From: Coriobacteriaceae bacterium | Lineage (GTDB): Bacteria; Actinomycetota; Coriobacteriia; Coriobacteriales; Eggerthellaceae | Direction: 5' to 3' | DNA length: 32,000 bases | Assembly: GCA_015062685.1 (NCBI GenBank) | Contig: SUUE01000002.1 | Span: 129,692-161,691, forward strand | Shown: positions 8,095-17,696 of the stretch, in pieces | Numbering within the stretch: the stretch's first letter is position 1 | How the letters are laid out: the number at the start of each line of letters is the position of its first letter | Made by a program: the position numbers and the translations under genes | Notes under the pieces: generated by a model | The model's input: only the letters and a program-made list of their open reading frames with translations | The model's database searches: none | Told to the model about the DNA's origin: nothing

Positions 8095-10803
8095 CTACGC
8101 CAAAGCAGCTTGCGCAGCGGCGAGACGCGCGACCGGCACGCGGTAAGGCGAGCAGGACACGTAGTTCAGGCCCACCTTGTGGAACTTCTTGATCGAGTCA
8201 GGGTCGCCGCCGTGCTCGCCGCACACGCCCGTCACCAGATCGGGGTTCGTGCTGCGGCCGCCCTTCACGGCGATGTCGATGAGCTTCACGACGCCGTCGT
8301 CGACGGTGGCGAACGGGTTCACCTTCATAATCCCCAGGGCCTCGTAGTCCTTGAAGAACTTGCCCTCGACGTCATCGCGGCTGAAGCCGAACGTCGTCTG
8401 CGTGAGATCGTTCGTGCCGAAGGAGAAGAAGTCGGCCTTCTCGGCGATCTCGTCGGCGGTCACGGCGGCGCGCGGCAGCTCGATCATCGTGCCGATCTCG
8501 ATGAAGCTCAGGTCAACGCCGTCGCGCTCCTCAACCTCGTGGATGGCCTTCTCGGCCTCTGTGCGGACGTAGACGAGCTCGCTTTCCATGGACACGAGCG
8601 GGATCATGACCTCGGGCTTGGGATCGAAGCCTTCCTTCAAGAGCTTCGCCGTAGCCGTCGCTATCGCGCGGACCTGCATCTGCGACAGGCCCGGCATCAC
8701 GATGCCAAGACGGCAGCCGCGCAGACCCAGCATCGGGTTCATCTCGGCCATGTTCTCGGCAGCAGCAAGCAGTCGCTGGGAAGCGGGATCGTGCTCGCCC
8801 TTCACGGCGTCGACCGCAACCTTTATGGCAAGCTCGTGCGCCGAAGGCAGGAACTCGTGCAGCGGCGGGTCGAGCAAGCGAACGATGACCGGCATTCCGT
8901 CCATCGCCTTGAGCATCTCGTAATAGTCGCCCACCTGCGCTTCATACAGCTTTTCAAGAGCCGAGTAATAGCTTTCGCTGTCCTGTTCGGCCAGGATCAT
9001 GTCGGCCACGATCTGCTTGCGGTCGCCCAGGAACATGTGCTCCGTGCGGCAAAGACCGATGCCCTCGGCGCCGAACTCTCGCGACTTCTGCGCATCTTCG
9101 GGGTTGTCGGCATTCGCGCGCACGCCGAGCGTGCGGAACTCATCGGCCCACTCGAGGATGGTATCCAGGTCGCCGGTCAGCTCAGGCTGCACCAAGTCGA
9201 CGGCGCCGAGCACCACGATGCCGGTCGTGCCGTCGAGCGAGATCATGTCGCCTTCGCGGATGACGATGTCCGTGCCGGAGATGGCGGCTTCCTTCTTCTC
9301 CGCGTCGATCTTGAGAGCCTCGACGCCGCATACGCACGGAGCGCCCATGCCGCGCGCGATGACGGCCGCGTGCGACGTCTTGCCGCCATGCGACGTGAGG
9401 ATGCCCTCCGCCGCGATCATGCCGGCCAGGTCGTCGGGAGTCGTCTCCCAGCGCACGAGCACCGTCTTCTTGCCCGCTTCCGCGGCGGCAACCGCAGCTT
9501 CGGCGGAGAACACGGCAGCGCCGACGGCGGCGCCGGGCGATGCGTTCAGGCCGCGGGCCACGACGTCATACGAGGCGTTCTTGTCGAATTGCGGGTGGAG
9601 CAGCTGGTCGAGCTGCTCGGGTGCGACGCGCTTGACGGCCTCCTCCTTGGTGATGAGGCCCTCCTTCTCCATGTCGATGGCGATCTTGAGGGCGGCCGCG
9701 GCGGTGCGCTTGCCCACGCGGGTCTGCAACATGAACAGCTTGCCCTGCTCGATGGTGAACTCGATGTCCATCATGTCGCGGAAATGGTGCTCGAGCAGCA
9801 CGAAGATCTCCTCCAGCTGCTTGCCGGCCTCCTCGAGGCCTGCGACGTGCTTGAGCTCGGAGATCGGAGACGTGTTGCGGATGCCGGCCACGACGTCCTC
9901 GCCCTGGGCATTGACCAGGTAGTCGCCGTAGAACTCGTTGGTGCCGTCGGCGGCGTTGCGCGTGAACGCGACGCCCGTGGCCGACGTATCGCCCTTGTTG
10001 CCGAACACCATGCACTGCACGTTGACTGCGGTGCCCAGGTCGTCGGCGATCTTGTTCTGCTTGCGGTAGAGCGTCGCGCGCGGGTTGTTCCACGAACCGA
10101 AAACGGCCTCGATAGCGAGCTTCAGCTGCACCATCGGGTCCTGCGGGAACGCGACCTTGCCGTCCACGACGAGCTCGGGATACTCGGCAGCGTCAACGCT
10201 ATCGGAGAAGATGCCCTTGAAGGTGGCGACGAGCGCCTCGAGGTCCTCGGCGTTCAGGTCGGTGTCCTGCTTCACGCCCTTCGCGTCCTTCGCGGCGGTG
10301 ATGGCGTGCTCGAACTTGTCGCCGTCGATGCCCATGACCACGTTCGAGAACATCTGGATGAAACGGCGGTAGCTGTCCCATGCGAAGCGGGGGTTTTCGG
10401 TCTGCTCGATGAGGCCGTGGATCGATCGGTCGTTCAAGCCGAGGTTGAGCACCGTGTCCATCATGCCCGGCATCGACATGGGCGCGCCCGAGCGGACGGA
10501 GACGAGCAGCGGGTCGGCGTCGTCGCCGATCTTCTTGCCCATGCGCTCCTCGAGGTCGGCGCGGAACTCGGAGATCTCGTCGAGCGCGCCCTCGGGCCAC
10601 GTGTTATCGGCGTTCGCGTATTCCATGCATGTCTGGCAAGTGATGGTGAACCCCGGGGGCACCGGCAGGCCGATGTTGGCCATCTCGGCGAGGTTCGCGC
10701 CCTTGCCGCCGAGCACGTACTTCATCTCGGCATTGCCTTCAGTAACGTTGTTTCCCTGTGCGTCATGCCCAAACTTGTAGACACGCTTGACTGCTTCAGT
10801 CAC
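8095..10803 (-). CDS. ppdK: pyruvate, phosphate dikinase
   Basis: Track ORF 8095..10818. PPDK hallmarks are present: N-terminal VYKFG....G......LGGKGANLAEM, phospho-histidine region GGKTSHAAVIARGMG, C-terminal PEP/pyruvate domain GLCRTEHMF and FFSFGTNDLTQ. I prefer the GTG start at 10803 (MTEAVKRVYKF) because the upstream GTG at 10818 is itself part of a GGAGGAG SD, 6 nt before 10803. Confidence 0.93.
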   Translation of the reverse strand: MTEAVKRVYKFGHDAQGNNVTEGNAEMKYVLGGKGANLAEMANIGLPVPPGFTITCQTCMEYANADNTWPEGALDEISEFRADLEERMGKKIGDDADPLLVSVRSGAPMSMPGMMDTVLNLGLNDRSIHGLIEQTENPRFAWDSYRRFIQMFSNVVMGIDGDKFEHAITAAKDAKGVKQDTDLNAEDLEALVATFKGIFSDSVDAAEYPELVVDGKVAFPQDPMVQLKLAIEAVFGSWNNPRATLYRKQNKIADDLGTAVNVQCMVFGNKGDTSATGVAFTRNAADGTNEFYGDYLVNAQGEDVVAGIRNTSPISELKHVAGLEEAGKQLEEIFVLLEHHFRDMMDIEFTIEQGKLFMLQTRVGKRTAAAALKIAIDMEKEGLITKEEAVKRVAPEQLDQLLHPQFDKNASYDVVARGLNASPGAAVGAAVFSAEAAVAAAEAGKKTVLVRWETTPDDLAGMIAAEGILTSHGGKTSHAAVIARGMGAPCVCGVEALKIDAEKKEAAISGTDIVIREGDMISLDGTTGIVVLGAVDLVQPELTGDLDTILEWADEFRTLGVRANADNPEDAQKSREFGAEGIGLCRTEHMFLGDRKQIVADMILAEQDSESYYSALEKLYEAQVGDYYEMLKAMDGMPVIVRLLDPPLHEFLPSAHELAIKVAVDAVKGEHDPASQRLLAAAENMAEMNPMLGLRGCRLGIVMPGLSQMQVRAIATATAKLLKEGFDPKPEVMIPLVSMESELVYVRTEAEKAIHEVEERDGVDLSFIEIGTMIELPRAAVTADEIAEKADFFSFGTNDLTQTTFGFSRDDVEGKFFKDYEALGIMKVNPFATVDDGVVKLIDIAVKGGRSTNPDLVTGVCGEHGGDPDSIKKFHKVGLNYVSCSPYRVPVARLAAAQAALA

Positions 10804-10930
10804 TTTGCACTCCTCCACTCGCTGCTCTGCTAGAGCTGCTCTGAACAGAAACTTTGAACGGCCCGCAGGCCGTCCACTTATCGATTTACATGGTAACTCA
10901 ATTCTGAGCCAACGGGTAACCGCTCGCCGA

Positions 10931-10961
10931 TAATTAAAAGGGCCTCCCGAGTGGGAGGCCC
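10931..10961 (-). terminator. rho-independent terminator downstream of rho
   Basis: The minus strand reads GGGCCTCCC-actc-GGGAGGCCC followed by TTTTAATTA. The stem is 10940-10948/10953-10961 and lies about 25 nt after the rho stop. Confidence 0.7.
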
Positions 10962-10986
10962 CTCCGTCTCATCTCGTTCAAAGACA

Positions 10987-12780
10987 TTACAGCTCGAGCG
11001 ACTCCGTCTTGCCATGCTGGGCCTTGCGGGCCATGCGCAGCAGGAACTCGTTGTTGTCGTCGGTCTGCTTGATGGACTTGATGAGCATGTCCATGGCGCG
11101 CTCGGTGTTGTTCATGTTCGCGAGGATGCGGCGCACCGCCCAGATGATGGGCGACATCTGCTGGTCGAGGAGCAGCTCCTCCTTGCGCGTGCCCGACGCG
11201 ACGGGGTCGATGGCCGGGAAGATGCGGCGATCGGCGAGCGAACGGTCCAGGCGGAGCTCCATGTTGCCCGTGCCCTTGAACTCCTCGAAGATCACCTCGT
11301 CCATCTTCGACCCGGTCTCGATGAGGGCCGACGCGAGGATGGTCAGCGAGCCGCCGTTCTCGATGTTGCGAGCGGCGCCGAGGAAGCGTTTCGGCGGATA
11401 CAGCGCGGTAGAATCCACGCCGCCCGAGAGCACGCGGCCCGACGCGGGCTGCGCGAGGTTGTACGCACGGGCAAGGCGCGTGATGCTGTCGAGCAGGATG
11501 ACGACGTCCTCGCCGTTCTCCACGAGGCGCTTGGCGCGCTCGATGACCATCTCGGCCACGGCAATGTGATTATCCGCGGGCATATCGAACGTGGAGGAAA
11601 TCACCTCGCCGTGAATCGAGCGTTGCATGTCGGTAACCTCTTCGGGGCGCTCGTCCACGAGCAGGCACATGAGGTGCACCTCGGGGTTGTTCGCATGGAT
11701 GGCAGCGGCGATGTCCTTAAGGATGGTGGTTTTGCCCGCCTTCGGCGGAGACACGATCAGGCCGCGCTGGCCCTTGCCGATGGGCGCTACCAGGTCGATG
11801 ACGCGCGCCGTCGTGGTGTTGTGGCCGTGCTCCATGATCAGGCGCTCTTCGGGATAGACCGGGGTGAGGTCCGAGAAGCGCGGGCGCTTCGACAGCTCTT
11901 CGATGGGCGTCCCGTTCACGCGGCTGATCTTCTGGACGGCCGCGAACTTCTCGTTCTCGCGGGCAGGGCGCGTCGTGCCCTCCACGTAGTCGCCCTTGCG
12001 CAAGCCATTGCGCTTGATGAGCGACATGCCCACGTAGCAGTCCTTCTCGCCGGGCAGGTAGCCGCTGCAACGCAGGAACCCGTAACCGTCAGAGAGGATG
12101 TCGAGCACGCCCGCGACGTCGAGGAAGCCCTCCGCCTTCACGCTCGCGTCGAACACGGCGTCGACGAGCTCGGCTTTCTTCATGCCCGTGACGTCCACCT
12201 CGAGGGCTGCGGCGCGCTCGCGCAGCTCGCCCACCTTGAGAGCCTCGAGCTCCTCGCGCGTGACGCTCGGCTCGATCTCGCGGTTGTTGCGCTGGCGGCG
12301 CTGGTGACGCTGGTTGTTGCGCTGATTGTTATTGCGCTGCTGGTTGTTTCGCTGTTGGCGCGAGGGCTGCTTGCCCTCGTCGGAAGAGGCGTCGTCCGAC
12401 GAGCGGTCCTTGCCGCCAGCCGACTCGACCGCGTTCTCGCCCGACTCGACGGACACGCTCGTCCTGCGGCTACGACGGCGCGGCTTCGGGGAATCGCCCT
12501 CTCCGGCGCCCTCGGAAGCCCCATCCGCCGTTTTCTCGGCGACAGCTTCCTTCTTCTCGGCGGAAGCCTGGCTGGCATCAGCGTCGTCGGCCTTCTTCGT
12601 GCGGCGGGCGCGCTTCGCGGGCGCCTCGCCCTCCTCGGCGGTCTCCTTGGCAGCCTTGGCCTTTGCTTTCGGGGCTTCTGCCTCCGCCTCCTTCGGCGCG
12701 CGCTTCACGCGGCGCCGTGCAGGGGCCTCGGCCGCCTCGTCGGATGCAGCATCGTTGTTCTGTTTCGTTTCTTCTGCCAT
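10987..12780 (-). CDS. rho: transcription termination factor Rho with ~170-aa low-complexity N-terminal extension
   Basis: 597 aa. A canonical Rho_N helix bundle (LEALKVGELRERAAALEVDVTGMKKAELVDAVF) is followed by the CSD-like RNA-binding domain (GVLDILSDGYGFLR) and the RecA-type ATPase (GKGQRGLIVSPPKAGKTT, LLVDERPEEV, VILLDSITRLARAYN). All of this is preceded by an E/A/K/R/S-rich region and an RNNQQRNNNQRNNQRHQRRQRNN tract. Confidence 0.93.
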   Translation of the reverse strand: MAEETKQNNDAASDEAAEAPARRRVKRAPKEAEAEAPKAKAKAAKETAEEGEAPAKRARRTKKADDADASQASAEKKEAVAEKTADGASEGAGEGDSPKPRRRSRRTSVSVESGENAVESAGGKDRSSDDASSDEGKQPSRQQRNNQQRNNNQRNNQRHQRRQRNNREIEPSVTREELEALKVGELRERAAALEVDVTGMKKAELVDAVFDASVKAEGFLDVAGVLDILSDGYGFLRCSGYLPGEKDCYVGMSLIKRNGLRKGDYVEGTTRPARENEKFAAVQKISRVNGTPIEELSKRPRFSDLTPVYPEERLIMEHGHNTTTARVIDLVAPIGKGQRGLIVSPPKAGKTTILKDIAAAIHANNPEVHLMCLLVDERPEEVTDMQRSIHGEVISSTFDMPADNHIAVAEMVIERAKRLVENGEDVVILLDSITRLARAYNLAQPASGRVLSGGVDSTALYPPKRFLGAARNIENGGSLTILASALIETGSKMDEVIFEEFKGTGNMELRLDRSLADRRIFPAIDPVASGTRKEELLLDQQMSPIIWAVRRILANMNNTERAMDMLIKSIKQTDDNNEFLLRMARKAQHGKTESLEL

Positions 12781-13461
12781 TTAAGCGTTCTGCACTTTCT
12801 CCCAGTCCTTCATGAAGGATTCGAGGCCGCGGTCGGTGAGCGGGTGCGCCACCATCTTCTTGAGCACGCCGAACGGCACCGTGGCGATATCGGCGCCCAT
12901 CAGCGCCGCCTGGGTCACGTGGTTGGCTGAGCGAACGGAAGCGGCGATGATCTCGATCTGCTCCCCGTTGACCGTGTTCTCGCGGAAATCGTAATTGTTG
13001 ATTGCCTGCACGACGTTGTTCAGCTGGTCCAGGCCATCCTCGGAGATGTCGTCGAAGCGGCCGATGAACGGGCTGATGTAACGGGCGCCTGCGCGGGCGG
13101 CGAGGATTGCCTGCGGCACCGTGAAGCACAGGGTCATGTTCACGGGGATGCCCTCGTCCGCGAGCTGGCGAGTGGCCGCGAGGCCCTCCACCATCGTGGG
13201 CACCTTCACGACGACGTTCGGCGCGATAGCCGCGAGCCTGCGGCCGTCCGCCACGATCTCGTCGCGCGTCATCGCAACGCTCTCGGCGCTCACCGGGCCG
13301 TCGACGATCTCGCAGATGCGAGCGATGTGGTCCTCGAAATCGGCCAGCTTGCCGCCGATGCGCGAGTACAGCGTGGGGTTGGTGGTGACGCCCGCGAGGG
13401 CGCCCCAGCTCGCCGCCTCCTCGATCTCGTTCAGATCGGCGGTGTCAAGGAAAAACTTCAC
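12781..13461 (-). CDS. tal: transaldolase, short (Fsa/TalC-like) type
   Basis: Track ORF 12781..13515 trimmed to the GTG at 13461 (VKFFLDTADLNEIEEA...GVTTNPTL), which follows an AAAGGAGGAG SD. That gives 226 aa, including the VVKVP Schiff-base lysine region and the ISPFIGR motif. The stop TAA is directly followed by the rho ATG. Confidence 0.88.
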   Translation of the reverse strand: MKFFLDTADLNEIEEAASWGALAGVTTNPTLYSRIGGKLADFEDHIARICEIVDGPVSAESVAMTRDEIVADGRRLAAIAPNVVVKVPTMVEGLAATRQLADEGIPVNMTLCFTVPQAILAARAGARYISPFIGRFDDISEDGLDQLNNVVQAINNYDFRENTVNGEQIEIIAASVRSANHVTQAALMGADIATVPFGVLKKMVAHPLTDRGLESFMKDWEKVQNA

Positions 13462-13571
13462 TACTCCTCCTTTGTCAGGGATTGCCTGCATGTCCTCGCA
13501 GGAAACGCACGGCATGCCGCGTTACCCGCATATGTATATGATTGGGAATCGAAAAGGACGCAGACTATAGT

Positions 13572-13599
13572 AAACGAAGCCAAACCGCTTCGCAAGCGG
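13572..13599 (-). terminator. weak candidate terminator after serA
   Basis: The minus strand reads CCGCTT-gcg-AAGCGG followed by TTTGGCTTCGTTT. The stem is only 6 bp. Confidence 0.4.
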
Positions 13600-13637
13600 G
13601 AATCATGGTTGTATGAACCGTGTATGGCCGGTTGGGC

Positions 13638-15218
13638 TTACAGCTTGACCAGCCAGAGATTCTCGAGGTCGGGGATAGCCGCGCGCAGCTCCTCGACGAG
13701 CTCCTCGTCCACCTCGCCCTCGATGTTCAGGTACACGACCGCGCTCTCGCACCCCTCGCGCTTGCCGATCTGCATCGTAGTGATGTTCACACCGGCATTG
13801 CCCAAGATAGTGCCGATCATGCCGATGCGCCCGGGGGCATCGACGTACTTCATGATGAGCGACTGCGCAGCCGGCTCGATATCGAAGCTGTAGCCGAACA
13901 GCGAGATGATGCGCGCGGGTCGGTCGGTTCCGTACAGCGTGCACGCGATCGAGTAGTCGTCCGTCTCGATCTTGACCATCGAATCGTAGCCCGCTGAATT
14001 GACCTGTGATGCGGTGGTGGCCTCGATGCCATGCCGCTGGGCAACCGAAGCGGCGTTCTGGCTGATGACGGCTCCCACGTTCTTGTACGCCAAGATGCCC
14101 TTGAGGGCACTGGCCAGAAGCGTTGACGTGTCCGCACTCGACAACGTGCCCGAAGCCGTGAGCGCCAGCTTGCGCGGAACGTCTTCCTCGAGTTGCAGGA
14201 GGATCTTGCCCATCATCTGGCAAGCGGTCAGGTACTGGCCGTACTTATCCATGACCTCGGGCGGGACGTTCGACATGTTGACGGCGGTCGGGACGATAGA
14301 GCCCGCGAGGCCCTGCGCCACGAACGTCGCGATCTGCACGCCCGCTCGCCTCTGCGCCTCGACCGTCGCAGCCCCGATGTGCGGCGTGACGATCGCGTTG
14401 TCGAACTCGTGAAGCGGCGATTCCGAGACGGGCTCGCCTTCGAGCACATCGAAGCCGACCGCGCGAATCTTGCCTGCAGCGATGAAGTCCGCGAGCGACT
14501 TCTCGTTGAAGATTCCGTCGCGCGCCACGTTGACGATGACGACGCCGTCCTTCATGGCCGCGAACTGCTCGGGGCCGAACATGTCCGCCGTCTCGGCCGT
14601 TTTCGGCATGTGGACCGTGATGAAATCGGCAAGGGGCAGCATGTCGTCCATGTCCTCGTACAGCTCAACTCCGAGCGTGGCGGCACGGTCGCGGCTGCAA
14701 TAAGGGTCGTATGCCACGAGGTTCATGCCGAACGCGGCAGCGCGCTGGGCCACGAGGCCGCCCACGCGGCCGAGGCCGAAGATGGCGAGCGTCTTCTCGT
14801 ACAGCTCGCACCCCATGAAGGCGGAGGGGTTCCATTCGCCCGCGTGCATGGAGGCATTGGCCTGGGGCACGTTGCGGGCGGCCGACAGGATGAGCGCCAT
14901 GGCGTACTCGGCAGCCGACATGATGTTGGAATTGGGGGCGTTGCAGACGACGATGCCGCGATCCGTCGCGGCCTCGAGATCGATGTTGTCGATGCTCACG
15001 CCCGCACGGCCGATAACCTTCAGCTTGTCAGCCGCCTCGATGACGCGGCGCGTGACCTGCGTGCGCGAGCGCACGATCAGGCCATCGTAACTTGCAATGC
15101 ATTGAACGAGCTCGTCTTCGGTGAGACCCGGCTTCAGGTCGACGTCCAGGCCCCTCGTCTTGAGGACGGAAATGCCCGCTGCGTCGATTTCGTCGGATAC
15201 CAGTACCTTATGAGCCAT
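13638..15218 (-). CDS. serA: D-3-phosphoglycerate dehydrogenase (long form with C-terminal ACT domain)
   Basis: Track ORF 13638..15296 trimmed to the ATG at 15218 (MAHKVLVSDEID), which has a GAGGGGG SD. That gives 526 aa with an NAD-binding GLGRVGG motif, RAD..VHMP.T..T and a catalytic HIGA region, plus a C-terminal ACT-like tail. Confidence 0.9.
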   Translation of the reverse strand: MAHKVLVSDEIDAAGISVLKTRGLDVDLKPGLTEDELVQCIASYDGLIVRSRTQVTRRVIEAADKLKVIGRAGVSIDNIDLEAATDRGIVVCNAPNSNIMSAAEYAMALILSAARNVPQANASMHAGEWNPSAFMGCELYEKTLAIFGLGRVGGLVAQRAAAFGMNLVAYDPYCSRDRAATLGVELYEDMDDMLPLADFITVHMPKTAETADMFGPEQFAAMKDGVVIVNVARDGIFNEKSLADFIAAGKIRAVGFDVLEGEPVSESPLHEFDNAIVTPHIGAATVEAQRRAGVQIATFVAQGLAGSIVPTAVNMSNVPPEVMDKYGQYLTACQMMGKILLQLEEDVPRKLALTASGTLSSADTSTLLASALKGILAYKNVGAVISQNAASVAQRHGIEATTASQVNSAGYDSMVKIETDDYSIACTLYGTDRPARIISLFGYSFDIEPAAQSLIMKYVDAPGRIGMIGTILGNAGVNITTMQIGKREGCESAVVYLNIEGEVDEELVEELRAAIPDLENLWLVKL

Positions 15219-15303
15219 GGCTGCCCCCTCACCTGGTTTGCAGATGGCTCTATGGTACCAAAACAGATGAGCTTGGCCAGACGGGCCTCGCCCCAACGGT
15301 TCC

Positions 15304-15798
15304 TTACGCTCCCTTGCTGTTTCGGGAGATGGCGATCTTTCCCGTGCGGGTTATCTCTTTGATCCCGTACGTGGCCAGGAGGTCCTCCATGCCCTGCAGC
15401 TTGTTCTGCGACCCCGTGGCCTCGATGGTGAGTTCGCTCGCCCCCACGTCGACGATGTTCGCGCGGAAAAGGTTGGCTATCTCGACGACTTCGCTTCGCT
15501 TCTCGGGAGGCGCGCTCACCTTGAACAGGACGAGCTCGCGCTCGATGTAGGAGTCGTTGGTGAGGTCCTGGAGCTTGTAGACGACCACGAGCTTGTTGAG
15601 CTGCTTGGTTATCTGCTCGTACGCTTCGTCATCCGCCATCACGATGATGGTGATCCGAGAGCGCGACGGATCCTCGGTCGGCCCCACAGACAACGACTCG
15701 ATGTTGAAGCCGCGCCGCGAAATGAGCCCGACGACGCGCGACAGCACGCCCGACTTGTTCTCGACCAGCACTGACATGACGTGCTTCATCTCGCTCAT
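15304..15798 (-). CDS. ilvN: acetolactate synthase small (regulatory) subunit
   Basis: 164 aa with an ACT domain N-terminus (HVMSVLVENKSGVLSRVVGLISRRGFNIESLSVGPTED). The start overlaps the ilvB stop (ATGA). Confidence 0.92.
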   Translation of the reverse strand: MSEMKHVMSVLVENKSGVLSRVVGLISRRGFNIESLSVGPTEDPSRSRITIIVMADDEAYEQITKQLNKLVVVYKLQDLTNDSYIERELVLFKVSAPPEKRSEVVEIANLFRANIVDVGASELTIEATGSQNKLQGMEDLLATYGIKEITRTGKIAISRNSKGA

Positions 15799-17651
15799 AG
15801 CTCTCCCCCATCGAGGTCATCGCCAGCCAGCCCGTTCCTGGCTCGTTCCCATTCGTCCACGCGGCAATCGGCCGCCGCAAGCTCGCAGCCGAGCTCCCCT
15901 CCCGGTGCGACCATGGGGAAGACGGCCTGATCGCGCGAGATGCGCACATCGACCAGATAGGGCCCCTCGGACGCCAGCATGCGCTCGAAGGCGCCCTGCA
16001 CCTCCTCGGGGCTGGAAACGCTCTCCGCCTCCCAGGAATAGGCCTGAGCGAGCTTGACGAAATCGGGGTTGTCGCTCAGCTCGGTGGCCGAGAAGCGCTT
16101 TCCGTAGAACAGCTTCTGCCATTGGCGCACCATACCGAGCGCGCGGTTGTCGAGCACGACCACCTTCACCGCCGCGCCGTTCACGGCGGCAGTTGCCATT
16201 TCCTGGCTGTTCATCTGCATGGAGCCGTCGCCCGCAATGCACACGACCTGGTCGTCCGGGAACGCGAGCGCGGCACCGATGGCAGCGGGCAACCCGAAGC
16301 CCATGGTGCCGAGGCCGCCCGACGACAGGAACGTGCGGGGAAGCTCGCGATCGATGAACTGCACCGCCCACATCTGGTTCTGCCCCACCTCGGTCGTCAC
16401 GATGGAGCGCTGCGGGTCGAGCATACCCGAAAGCTGGGCGAGGGCCACTTCGGGTACGATCTGACCCGGCACCTCCAACGCACGCGGGTCGAGTACGGGC
16501 AGGTCTCGGCGCCAGCCGAACACTTCCTCGACCCATTGCGCTGTATCCGGGCGAGCACCCGCGGATTCGAGCTCCTCCAGAAGCGCCCCCAAGACGATGG
16601 ACAAATCACCCACGATGGGCACTTGGGCCTCGCGCACCTTACCGATCTCGGCAGGGTCGATGTCGATGTGGATGACCTTGGCATGGGGCGCGAACGAGTC
16701 GATGCGGCCCGTCACGCGATCGGAGAACCTCGCGCCGCACGCGATGATCAAGTCGCACTCGTTGAGGGCGCGGTTGGCGTACTTCGAACCGTGCATACCG
16801 ACCGGCCCCAAGTTCAGGGGCTCGTGCGTCGGTATCGCGCCCTTCGCCATGAGCGTCGTGACCGCCGGTATGCCGAAGTCGCGCATGAGGCGGCATGCCT
16901 GGTCCGACGCGCTCGACGAGACGACTCCCCCGCCCGCGTAGAGCACGGGGCGCTCGCTTTCGGCGATGAGCGCGGCGGCTGCGCGAACCTGCCTGGCATT
17001 GCCGCGGTACGTCGGCTTGTACGACGGGATGTTCACCTCGTCGGGATACTCGAACACGACCTCCTCCTGGGCAAGGTCGCTCGGAACGTCGATCAGCACG
17101 GGGCCCGGGCGCCCCGTCTTCGCCACGTGGAACGCCTCGCGGAACGTGCGGGCGATGTCCCCAACCGATTTCAAGAGGTAGCTGTGCTTCACGATGGGCA
17201 TGGTTATGCCCACGATGTCTGATTCCTGGAACGAATCGGTGCCGATCACGGCACGCGGCACCTGGCCGGTCACGACGACGAGCGGAACCGAGTCCATGTA
17301 AGCCGTCGCGATGCCCGTCACGGTGTTCGTGGCGCCGGGGCCGCTCGTCACGATGGCCACGCCCACGTCGCCGGTGGCACGCGCGTAGCCGTCGGCCTCG
17401 TGCACGGCGCCCTGCTCGTGGCGCGCGAGCACGTGCCTTATGAGGGTCGAATCGTACAATGCGTCGTAAATCTGGATTGCATGGCCGCCGGGGTAACCGA
17501 ACACGAGCTCCACGCCCTCGGCTTCGAGCGAGGCGATGACCGCCTGGGCGCCCGTCATGCGCATTCCCTGCTTCGCGTTGCCGCTGCCCGGGCCCTTCGG
17601 CGCGCCCGCGCGCGCGAGGGGCCCCATCGGCTGCCACTTATCTTCCCTCAT
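15795..17651 (-). CDS. ilvB: acetolactate synthase large (catalytic) subunit, ThDP/FAD-dependent
   Basis: 618 aa with MTGAQAVIASLEAEGVELVFGYPGG, the ThDP motif GGLGTMGFGLPAAIGA and GDGSMQMNSQE. The ATG at 17651 has a GGGAGA SD. Internal ATGs at 17564 and 17558 would remove a ~30-aa non-conserved leader, so the start is somewhat uncertain. Confidence 0.9.
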   Translation of the reverse strand: MREDKWQPMGPLARAGAPKGPGSGNAKQGMRMTGAQAVIASLEAEGVELVFGYPGGHAIQIYDALYDSTLIRHVLARHEQGAVHEADGYARATGDVGVAIVTSGPGATNTVTGIATAYMDSVPLVVVTGQVPRAVIGTDSFQESDIVGITMPIVKHSYLLKSVGDIARTFREAFHVAKTGRPGPVLIDVPSDLAQEEVVFEYPDEVNIPSYKPTYRGNARQVRAAAALIAESERPVLYAGGGVVSSSASDQACRLMRDFGIPAVTTLMAKGAIPTHEPLNLGPVGMHGSKYANRALNECDLIIACGARFSDRVTGRIDSFAPHAKVIHIDIDPAEIGKVREAQVPIVGDLSIVLGALLEELESAGARPDTAQWVEEVFGWRRDLPVLDPRALEVPGQIVPEVALAQLSGMLDPQRSIVTTEVGQNQMWAVQFIDRELPRTFLSSGGLGTMGFGLPAAIGAALAFPDDQVVCIAGDGSMQMNSQEMATAAVNGAAVKVVVLDNRALGMVRQWQKLFYGKRFSATELSDNPDFVKLAQAYSWEAESVSSPEEVQGAFERMLASEGPYLVDVRISRDQAVFPMVAPGGELGCELAAADCRVDEWERARNGLAGDDLDGGEL

Positions 17652-17696
17652 CTTCGTCTCCCGAATGCGGGTCGGATTCCAGTTAATATCGTCACA

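Noticed and set aside
8110-10833. 907-aa plus-strand ORF exactly mirroring ppdK
   Set aside because: It is antisense to a gene with unmistakable PPDK motifs. Its translation is Arg/Ala/Gly/His/Val-rich low-information sequence, as expected from the reverse frame of a GC3-rich gene. It has no SD and no recognisable domain.
10951-12930. 659-aa plus-strand ORF antisense to rho and the 3' end of tal
   Set aside because: It is the same high-GC antisense artefact. It spans two real genes on the other strand and shows no motifs.
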